Shown here: one piece after another, positions 46,332-55,863 of the stretch
How the letters are laid out: each line of letters opens with the position of its first letter
Position numbering within the stretch: the first letter of the stretch is position 1
Assembly (NCBI GenBank): GCA_035561515.1
Contig: DATMXP010000018.1
Span: 104,681-168,680, forward strand
DNA length: 64,000 nucleotides
From: Terriglobales bacterium
GTDB taxonomy: Bacteria > Acidobacteriota > Terriglobia > Terriglobales > Acidobacteriaceae
Reading direction: 5' to 3'
Notes under the pieces: model-generated
The model's database searches: none
What the model was told of the DNA's origin: nothing
Seen by the model: the letters and a program-made list of their open reading frames with translations, nothing else
Program-made: the position numbers and the translations under genes

Positions 46332-47269
46332 ACGATCGAATCGTGTTTGAGGACGTGTCGAAGTTTTACGGCGAAGTCCTTGGCGTGAATCGCGTTTCCA
46401 TTTCGCTTCCGCCCGGCATCACGAGCCTTGTGGGACCGAACGGGTCTGGCAAGACGACACTGATGAACCTGATGACGGGGCTGATTCGTCCGACGCGTGG
46501 ATCGTTGACGGTGATGGGGCTGACGCCTTCCGATGCCTATGAATTCTTCCGGATGGTCGGCTACTGCACGCAGTTCGATTCGTTTCCCCGTGGCGTGACG
46601 GGATGGGAGTTTGTATTCGACAGCTTGCGGTTGCATGGGATGACTGCAAAGCAGGCGTCAGATCTAACAGCGGAAGCGTTGACACGGGTTGATCTAGGGC
46701 AAGCCTCCCACCGACTGGTGGCGGGTTACAGCAAAGGAATGCGACAGAAGGTCAGGCTGGCACAGGCGATTGCGCATCATCCAACGGTGTTGGTGTTGGA
46801 TGAGCCGCTGAATGGGCTGGATCCCATGGCGCGAGCAGAATCACTTGCTTTGTTCCAGGAACTCGGTAGGAAGGGAATGCACGTGATCATTTCCAGCCAC
46901 GTGCTAGAGGAAGTGGATCGAATCTCGGATCGCGTTGTGCTGATGACCGGCGGATACGTGATTGCGGAAGGGAACATCCATCAGGTGAGGCAGGAGGTTC
47001 GCGACAAGCCTATGCAGATTCTGGTGCGGTGCCAAAAACCGGAACTGCTGGCGGCGCGAGTGTTCGAACTTGACCATTGCGTGGAAGCCCGATTGCACGC
47101 GGATGGCGCGGGAGTGTTTCTCCGGACGCAGGATGTGGATCAGTTCTACACGTTATTGAATAAGGTAGTGACGGACGGGTTGGTGCAGATCGAAGCGATT
47201 TCGCCGGCAGACGACGATGCGAATGCAATCTACCAGTACCTGATTGGGTCGGACGGAGGGACGGTGTAA
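46328..47269 (+). CDS. ABC transporter ATP-binding protein (second)
   Basis: GPNGSGKTTL, YSKGMRQKV and LVLDEPLNGLD. ATGA overlap. Confidence 0.9.
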   Translation: MNDRIVFEDVSKFYGEVLGVNRVSISLPPGITSLVGPNGSGKTTLMNLMTGLIRPTRGSLTVMGLTPSDAYEFFRMVGYCTQFDSFPRGVTGWEFVFDSLRLHGMTAKQASDLTAEALTRVDLGQASHRLVAGYSKGMRQKVRLAQAIAHHPTVLVLDEPLNGLDPMARAESLALFQELGRKGMHVIISSHVLEEVDRISDRVVLMTGGYVIAEGNIHQVRQEVRDKPMQILVRCQKPELLAARVFELDHCVEARLHADGAGVFLRTQDVDQFYTLLNKVVTDGLVQIEAISPADDDANAIYQYLIGSDGGTV

Positions 47270-48120
47270 TGGAATCGAAGCTCAGAACGTTGGCCCAACA
47301 GCCGTGGGGACTGTGGCTCAGGCAGGTGCGAAGCATTGTTGAGCTTGAAAGCCGTCGAAATCTCTTTACCTGGCGCTCGTTGTGGCTCTACTTCATTGCG
47401 TTCGCGCCGACGGTGATCATTGTTGCCCATGCTCTTTTTGACCGCTCGCACCACGAACCTATAGCAGGCGACACGACGGTGCTGGCGGCGATTTTCCAGT
47501 TCTACTATGTGAGGCTGGGAATTTACTTCGGATGCCTCGGCATTTTCACAAGGCTTATTCGCGGCGAAATGATCGAGCGGAGCCTGCATTACTACCTTCT
47601 GGCTCCGGTACGCCGGGAAGTGTTGCTGATCGGGAAGTTCCTGGCGGGAGCGGTACGCTCGATCCTGCTGTTCGAGACGGCCGTGGTTGCTTCGTTCTTC
47701 TTCATGTACTTCCATTACGGACAGGCCGGCATGCAGTACGTGCTGGATGGGCCGGGTCTTTCACAACTACTTGCCTACATGTTGATCACCGCCTTGGCGT
47801 GCCTGGGATATGGCGCGATTTTCCTGCTGTTCAGCATGCTGATGAAGAATCCCGCACCGGCCGCGTTGCTGCTGATGGGATGGGAATTTATTAGCGCAGC
47901 GCTTCCGGCTCTGCTGCAACGGTTCAGCATCTCGTCGTATTTACGTCACTTGATGCCGGTATCGGTACCGGCTGAGGGAGTGTTTGCCATCCTGACCGTG
48001 GCGACGGAACCGATCCCAGCCTGGCTTGCGGTGACGGGGGCGCTCACATTGACGCTCGTCATCCTGGCGCTTTCGTCGTACCGGATGCGTTTCCTGGAGA
48101 TCAGCTACACAACTGAATAG
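47269..48120 (+). CDS. ABC-2-like permease / polytopic membrane protein (second)
   Basis: TAATG overlap with the preceding gene and about 6 hydrophobic helices. Confidence 0.65.
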   Translation: MESKLRTLAQQPWGLWLRQVRSIVELESRRNLFTWRSLWLYFIAFAPTVIIVAHALFDRSHHEPIAGDTTVLAAIFQFYYVRLGIYFGCLGIFTRLIRGEMIERSLHYYLLAPVRREVLLIGKFLAGAVRSILLFETAVVASFFFMYFHYGQAGMQYVLDGPGLSQLLAYMLITALACLGYGAIFLLFSMLMKNPAPAALLLMGWEFISAALPALLQRFSISSYLRHLMPVSVPAEGVFAILTVATEPIPAWLAVTGALTLTLVILALSSYRMRFLEISYTTE

Positions 48121-49940
48121 GTGCTCGGATTCACGGCGTAGACGCGTACGTAATCGAATACTGCCGTGTAGCCGGCCAGGCTCATGGAGACAAGTCCGAA
48201 ACGCGCAGTGATGCCGAGGTTGTGTGTCCACGTGCCACCTTGTGTCCAGGTCTGGCCATCGCGACTGCTGAAGGCCGTGTAGCGTTCCTCTCCGCTTATT
48301 GTTCGCTTCCATATGCGCAGATAGGTCCAGTCGCCGGGAGCTTCCAGAGACATGCTGCCGTATCGCGGATACCCGGTTGTGACAGGAAACATCTCTTTTC
48401 CGAATTCAATCTGGCGACTCCAGCCGATCGATGCGTGTACAAGCTTCAGATAGTTGTCGTCGCCCGCGAATACCAGCAGTCCAGCCTGTGTGTAGTTGAA
48501 GCAACAGCCTGCCTCTGGAACGGTAAGGCGGAGCTTCGTTTCCAGGATGTAATCGCCTGAGGGCGCTGCTTGCGAGAGGATGGAGGCGCTATTGGTGTTC
48601 TCGAATAATTCGGCAGACTGGGTGTCGAATTCGAGCGCGGAACCATTCATGCGGACGCCGGAAGTGGGAGGACGGACCCAAGACCACTTAGGATCGATGG
48701 AGGCAGAATCGAAATCGTCTGAGCGGGCGGTGTCGACTGCGCCGATCGTTACGACGGGCGGATGCGTCATGGCATAGCGAGCGGGTTCTCCGGGCTGCGC
48801 TGCGGGTCGTGGCTGGGTAGTGCTGGATGCCCAAAAGCCGCCGCGAACGGCTGGCCAACCCTCAACCCAATCGATGGGATCGAGCATGGCAGGGCGACGC
48901 GTGTCGGTGGTTCCAGCGAAGTAGGGACGAGTTCGATCGATTGCGTGATAGACGGTCCAATCCTGTCCTGCGAAATCGGTGAAGACGGCGTTGTGCCCAA
49001 CGCCGACCCACTTGTCCCCGTTCGGACTGAGAACAAGGCTGCCACCGGCACGAGCGGAAAGCATGGAGTTTCCGTCCCGGTCGAGGAAGGGACCGGTCGG
49101 CGTGGTGGCACGACCGACGAAGACACTATATCCGGTGAGCGGACCGTTGCAGCAGTTAGACACGGAGGCAAACAGATAGAAATAGCCTTCGTGCTTCACG
49201 ACCTGGGCTGCTTCGTAGCGATCGGGAACGGTGATCTGTACTTCGCTCGCGGGATCGGAGTGGAATCCATCGGCGGAAAGACGACGAACGCTGATTCCGC
49301 CGTAGAAACTGCCATAGTAAATGTAGAGTTCGCCGTTGTAGTCGATGACGTCGCTGTCGATGGTCCAGCGGTCGGACTCGGAACAGCATTGCGCCTTGTG
49401 TGGTTCGACGACGGGATCGGGGGCGTGCGTCCAGGGACCTGCAGGGCTGGAACTGGTTGCGACGGCGATGGCGGAAGCACCGCCGGGTAACGTGGTGTTT
49501 GGGACGGAGTAATACAGGTAGTACTTGCCATTGAGATACTCGATATCCGGAGCCCATGCGCCGGCACCGGAAGCGACCCACGAGGGACGCGTGGTAAGGG
49601 CGTCGCCAATGTAAGTCCACGAAGACAGATTGCTCGACCGGTGGATAGTAATGAGATGGTCGCGGTATTGAGAGCCGTTCTTGTCGGTGTCGTTCAGGGG
49701 ATTACCAGTGCAGTAGAGGTACCAGTACTTGTCGGCCGAGTTGTAAATGATGGAGGGATCAGGGCAGCTTTCGACCGTCGTGTTGACACTGGTGGCTGGA
49801 CTTATTGGATTCGTGTAAGTCGTGACTTCTATGGACGGTGGCGGCGGTACTGGCGTAGTTGGGGCAGTACCACCGCCGCATCCGGCAAATGTGACACATA
49901 TCGAAAGTAGAGCGGCAAAGGCACTGTGGCGCGAACTCAC
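48105..49940 (-). CDS. Glycoside hydrolase family 43 lipoprotein with a C-terminal ConA-like/LamG-type domain
   Basis: AGGAGGAcaccGTG start gives (M)SSRHSAFAALLSICVTFAGCGG (lipobox). GH43 motifs CPDPSIIY and WAPDIEYLNGKYYLYYS. Confidence 0.8.
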   Translation of the reverse strand: MSSRHSAFAALLSICVTFAGCGGGTAPTTPVPPPPSIEVTTYTNPISPATSVNTTVESCPDPSIIYNSADKYWYLYCTGNPLNDTDKNGSQYRDHLITIHRSSNLSSWTYIGDALTTRPSWVASGAGAWAPDIEYLNGKYYLYYSVPNTTLPGGASAIAVATSSSPAGPWTHAPDPVVEPHKAQCCSESDRWTIDSDVIDYNGELYIYYGSFYGGISVRRLSADGFHSDPASEVQITVPDRYEAAQVVKHEGYFYLFASVSNCCNGPLTGYSVFVGRATTPTGPFLDRDGNSMLSARAGGSLVLSPNGDKWVGVGHNAVFTDFAGQDWTVYHAIDRTRPYFAGTTDTRRPAMLDPIDWVEGWPAVRGGFWASSTTQPRPAAQPGEPARYAMTHPPVVTIGAVDTARSDDFDSASIDPKWSWVRPPTSGVRMNGSALEFDTQSAELFENTNSASILSQAAPSGDYILETKLRLTVPEAGCCFNYTQAGLLVFAGDDNYLKLVHASIGWSRQIEFGKEMFPVTTGYPRYGSMSLEAPGDWTYLRIWKRTISGEERYTAFSSRDGQTWTQGGTWTHNLGITARFGLVSMSLAGYTAVFDYVRVYAVNPSTYSVV

Positions 49941-49963
49941 GGTGTCCTCCTGCAATGGCGGAG

Positions 49964-51010
49964 CTAACGCTCCGTGTAGTGCACTTCGCGAGTGTCACGA
50001 AGCCGCTCGGCGGCCGACTCGGGCGTGATGTCTCTTTGCGGCGTGCCAAGGAGTTCGTAGCCAACCATGAACTTGCGTACGGTCGCCGACCTAAGCAATG
50101 GAGGCAGGAAGTGCGCATGGAAGTGACACTCGCTATGTTCAGCACCATCTGTCGGGCGCTGATGAAATCCCATCGAGTAAGGGAATGAAGTTTCGAATAT
50201 GTTGTCGTAACGAATCGTGATGCGTTTGAGAATGTCGGCGAGGGCGTCTCGTTCGCTCGCGGTCAGAGCGTTCATATCTGCGACGTGACGCTTGGAAATC
50301 AGGAGAGTTTCAAAAGGCCAGATCGCCCAGAAGGGGACGACGACGAGAAAATGGTCGTTCTCGGCGACCACTCGGGCACCCAATTGTTTTTCAGCCGCCA
50401 TGTAGTCGCAAAGCAGGCAGCTTCCGTGGGTGTTGCGGTAGTCGGTGAGCGATGCAAGTTCGCGGGATGTTTCATTGGGCAAGCTCTCGTTGGCCCAAAC
50501 CTGGCAGTGCGGATGGGGATTGCTGGCGCCCATCATGGCGCCGCGGTTCTCGAAAATCTGGACAGAGTTAATCCAAGGGACAGAGCCGAGTTCCTGGTAC
50601 TGGCTTGCCCAGACGTCGATCACAGTCCTGATTTCCTGCGGGGTCATAAGAGCTAGCGTGAGGTCGTGCCGTGGCGAAAAGCAGATGACCCGGCAGATAC
50701 CACGCTCGGCTTCGGCGATGATGAGGTTGTGCTGATTGATGGAAAAGCGCTCGGCATCGGGTTTGAGCGCGGCGAAGTCGTTGTCGAACACGAAGGTGGA
50801 GTCGTATTTCGGGTTGTGATGACCGCCCGCCCGTGAATTCCCGGGGCAAAGGTAGCAATCGGGATCGTACTGAGGCGATTTTTCGGCAGCGGTCTTTTCG
50901 ACTTGTCCCTGCCAAGGACGCTGGGTGCGATGCGGAGAGACGAGTACCCAATCTCGTGTGAGCGGATTAAAGCGTCGGTGCGGAGTATTGCGAAGTGCAT
51001 CCAGGTTCAT
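49964..51010 (-). CDS. galT: Galactose-1-phosphate uridylyltransferase
   Basis: [25 protein letters not shown] and active-site HPHCQ. A GTG at 51016 is an alternative start. Confidence 0.9.
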   Translation of the reverse strand: MNLDALRNTPHRRFNPLTRDWVLVSPHRTQRPWQGQVEKTAAEKSPQYDPDCYLCPGNSRAGGHHNPKYDSTFVFDNDFAALKPDAERFSINQHNLIIAEAERGICRVICFSPRHDLTLALMTPQEIRTVIDVWASQYQELGSVPWINSVQIFENRGAMMGASNPHPHCQVWANESLPNETSRELASLTDYRNTHGSCLLCDYMAAEKQLGARVVAENDHFLVVVPFWAIWPFETLLISKRHVADMNALTASERDALADILKRITIRYDNIFETSFPYSMGFHQRPTDGAEHSECHFHAHFLPPLLRSATVRKFMVGYELLGTPQRDITPESAAERLRDTREVHYTER

Positions 51011-51019
51011 CGTCACGTA

Positions 51020-52576
51020 CTAACGGCTCGCTTTCATGCGGAAGTATGTAAACTGCGCCGGCTCCAGACTACCGCCGGTAAAGAGCGCGAGGCGAATGGA
51101 ACGGTCCCAGGGCGGAAGGAACATAGCACTGAGGTTGTCGCCCAAATCCTTCCACGACTTACCTTCATCGCTGCTGAAAGAGAACTGGACCGTGTGTCCA
51201 TCTTTAGCAGCAACGCGCAGGCGAACGGGAGCGCTCTTGCGCACCTTTCCGGTTGCCAGCGTGCGCATTTTATTCTCGCGGAGTTCCCACAGAGTGAGCG
51301 TTCCATTTTGAACGCCGATCCCAATTGCATTGTTCAGGTCGCCGAATGCGGAGATTCCGGCGTGGCCTTTGGCTGGAGCCAGAACTTCCGTTTCCGCGGT
51401 GTAGTCCGGGGAAACCGTGGCACGGGCAATTACAGCGGCCAGGAAAGTTTGCGGATTTGTTGATGGGGACAACTTCAATCCGTTACCCACAGTGATCTTT
51501 GGAGGCGAGTTGAGAGGCCAATGCCAAAGGGGATCGAGTGCAAGGCCAGAGAACTTGTCGTCAACTGTGTACTCAAGATTCTTTCCGCCGACCCCGAGTG
51601 GGGCGGGCGCACTGACGCTTACCCCAGCACCCTTTACGAAAGGCCATCCGGTGTCTTGCCAGAGTATTTCGTCAACGACAGGCTCGCGGCCAACGTAAAC
51701 GGAACCACGTTTGTTGTAGGCGTGGTACATGAAGAAGGTGCGGCCTTTGGCGTCTTCCACGATGCTGCCGTGTCCGGGGCAGCGCCACTCGTCGTCATCC
51801 TTGATGATGGGATTGCCGGAATATTTCTCCCATGGGCCGAGCAGCTTTTTGGCGCGGGCGACACCCACGGCGTACTCGCACTTGAGTCCGCAGCAGGCGT
51901 TACCGGCGTAGAAGAGATAGAAGAAGCCGTTGCGGCGCTGCACGAAAGGACCTTCGACGACAGCGCGTTCCCAAGGCGCGTCGTTGCGGATGAGTTCCTT
52001 CTTCTCTCCGAGAAGTTTCGTCGCGTCTTCGGACAATGGCTGTGCCCAGAGTATGGTGGGCTGATTACGGCTATTGCCGTCGTTTTTCCAGATCAGGTAA
52101 CGCTGGCCGTTCTCGTCAGCAATGGAGAAGCCGTCAATAGATCCGTCTTCCTGACAAACGAGAGGGCCATTGTCCTTATAGGGACCCTGAGGTTTGTCGG
52201 ACGAGGCAGAGGCGACACAGAGCGGACCGTTCTTGCGCCGCGCCGTGTACATGACGTAGTACCGCCCCTTGTATTCGGAGATTTCCGGAGCCCAGAAGTT
52301 CGTCTGTGCCCACTCGGGTTTCGCATGGAATACCGCGCCAACAACTTCCCAATTGACCAGATCACGGGAATGCAGGAGAGGGAAATGGGGAGCCCATTCT
52401 GAAGAAGTGGCAGTAGCCCAGTAGTCATCTCCGACGCGAATGATGGAAGGATCAGGGTAATCACCGCCAAGTACAGGATTGCTATAAACAGGGCCAGGTG
52501 CGGTGGCTTGTGCGATCGAGAAAACGGCCATGAATAAGAAGACGACGAGAGTCCAAGTGGATAGAGAAACTTTCAT
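51020..52576 (-). CDS. Secreted glycoside hydrolase family 43 (beta-xylosidase/arabinofuranosidase/exo-galactanase type) with a C-terminal ConA-like domain
   Basis: Signal peptide MKVSLSTWTLVVFLFMAVFSIAQA. YPDPSIIRVGDDYW and FWAPEISEYKGRYYVMY. Confidence 0.85.
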   Translation of the reverse strand: MKVSLSTWTLVVFLFMAVFSIAQATAPGPVYSNPVLGGDYPDPSIIRVGDDYWATATSSEWAPHFPLLHSRDLVNWEVVGAVFHAKPEWAQTNFWAPEISEYKGRYYVMYTARRKNGPLCVASASSDKPQGPYKDNGPLVCQEDGSIDGFSIADENGQRYLIWKNDGNSRNQPTILWAQPLSEDATKLLGEKKELIRNDAPWERAVVEGPFVQRRNGFFYLFYAGNACCGLKCEYAVGVARAKKLLGPWEKYSGNPIIKDDDEWRCPGHGSIVEDAKGRTFFMYHAYNKRGSVYVGREPVVDEILWQDTGWPFVKGAGVSVSAPAPLGVGGKNLEYTVDDKFSGLALDPLWHWPLNSPPKITVGNGLKLSPSTNPQTFLAAVIARATVSPDYTAETEVLAPAKGHAGISAFGDLNNAIGIGVQNGTLTLWELRENKMRTLATGKVRKSAPVRLRVAAKDGHTVQFSFSSDEGKSWKDLGDNLSAMFLPPWDRSIRLALFTGGSLEPAQFTYFRMKASR

Positions 52577-52587
52577 TCGACAAACTC

Positions 52588-53763
52588 CTAAATGCACTCG
52601 CCAGCGCCTTGGGCAGCATCGCTGACGTATAGGTTAGGGTCGACACCGACCGCGCGTTTGTAATCCGCAGCCACCTTAATTCGAAAGTCGGGGACTGCCG
52701 CCTGGTTCACAATGTTGACGGTGCAACCGCCGAATCCTGCTCCGGTCATCCGAGCGCCGTAGACACCTTCGATCTGCCTGGCGCTTTCCACGAGGATGTC
52801 CAACTCCCGACAACTGACTTCATAATCATCGCGAAGGCTGCGATGCGACTCGTACATAAGCCGGCCAAAAAGCTGAAGGTCAGCCGCTTTGAGTGCATCG
52901 GCGGCCCTCAGAGTGCGATCAATTTCTGTCACAACATGACGGCAGCGGCGGTACGTGAGGTCCGGAAGGTGTGCCTTGTGAGCTTCGAGTTGCTCAGGGG
53001 TGACGTCGCGTAACGCCTTAACGCCTGGCAGAGACTTGCTCAGTTCGACAACGCCGATCTCACAGGCGGCACGCCTCTGGTTGTACTCACCGCCGCTGAC
53101 TGCGTGTTTTACCCGTGAATCGCAGATGACGATCTGCGCACCCGGCGGGACCGCGAGAAGTTCGAAGCTCAACGAGCGGCAATCGAGAAGAAGAGCGTGC
53201 CCCTTGCGGCCATGCACCGAAATGAATTGGTCCATGATGCCGACTCTTGCACCAGCGTATTCGTGCTCAGCCTGCTGGCAAATCAAAGCGATTTCAGCAC
53301 CGGGAATCTGCAGCCCTGAAACCCCGAGAAGTGCAAAGGCAGTAGCGACTTCGATCGCGGCCGACGAACTTAGCCCCGATCCCACAGGTACGGACGACTG
53401 TATAACCAAATTTGACCCGCGAAGCTTGTGACCGCGGGACTGAAGGACTCCGGCGACACCGCGCACGTAATCACTCCAATGGCCGCTAGCACCGGGAGCT
53501 AGGGAGGCAAGATCCCATTCCTCGGTCTCTGAAAACTTCTCGGAATACACACACAGTCGATTGTCGTCACGCAGGCCGGCGGCGATCAGAGTGGAAAAGC
53601 TGATGGCCGCCGGCATTACGAATCCGTCGTTGTAGTCGGTGTGTTCACCAATAAGGTTGACCCGACCAGGCGCGCGAAACACTCGAGCTGTTCCGCCGAA
53701 AAGCTGGGTGAATCGCTGGCGAATCAGGGACAAGTTGTCGCAGGCGGCTTCAGTGCTCGACAT
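52588..53763 (-). CDS. galK: Galactokinase
   Basis: GRVNLIGEHTDYNDGFVMP and GHMP motif PVGSGLSSSAA. Confidence 0.9.
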   Translation of the reverse strand: MSSTEAACDNLSLIRQRFTQLFGGTARVFRAPGRVNLIGEHTDYNDGFVMPAAISFSTLIAAGLRDDNRLCVYSEKFSETEEWDLASLAPGASGHWSDYVRGVAGVLQSRGHKLRGSNLVIQSSVPVGSGLSSSAAIEVATAFALLGVSGLQIPGAEIALICQQAEHEYAGARVGIMDQFISVHGRKGHALLLDCRSLSFELLAVPPGAQIVICDSRVKHAVSGGEYNQRRAACEIGVVELSKSLPGVKALRDVTPEQLEAHKAHLPDLTYRRCRHVVTEIDRTLRAADALKAADLQLFGRLMYESHRSLRDDYEVSCRELDILVESARQIEGVYGARMTGAGFGGCTVNIVNQAAVPDFRIKVAADYKRAVGVDPNLYVSDAAQGAGECI

Positions 53764-53974
53764 GGTCGTCCTCCGCCGGTGTTTTTCCCGAGCGTAGTCC
53801 GAAAACGAGCATCAGAACCCCAAAAAGTACAAGAAGCAGTCCCCACCAAAGATTCAGGTTTATGCCAAGTGACTTCTGGTGAATGTCACCTGGGATAAAC
53901 AGACCAGCACTGACGAGAATGAGGCCGAGTACGCTAAACATTAGGCCGATCGGAGTGCGAATATCCAGTCCCAT
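53750..53974 (-). CDS. Small two-helix membrane protein (74 aa) downstream of the SSS transporter
   Basis: MGLDIRTPIGLMFSVLGLILVSAGLF...WWGLLLVLFGVLMLVFGL. It starts 15 nt after the transporter stop and overlaps the galK start by 14 nt. Confidence 0.45.
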   Translation of the reverse strand: MGLDIRTPIGLMFSVLGLILVSAGLFIPGDIHQKSLGINLNLWWGLLLVLFGVLMLVFGLRSGKTPAEDDHVEH

Positions 53975-53988
53975 AAGCCAGGCTCCGG

Positions 53989-55782
<1,794 letters not shown>

Positions 55783-55863
55783 GCTCTGCCTCTTCGTTCA
55801 GAGTGGTACTGCGCGCAGACCCGCGGCGAGCCTGCTTTGATTTCTTTAAACTCGTGGATATGA

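Noticed and set aside
42378-46636. Minus-strand ORFs 42378..43238, 43246..43752 and 45917..46636 within the ECF/ABC operon
   Set aside because: They are antisense shadows of well-supported plus-strand genes and have no motifs.
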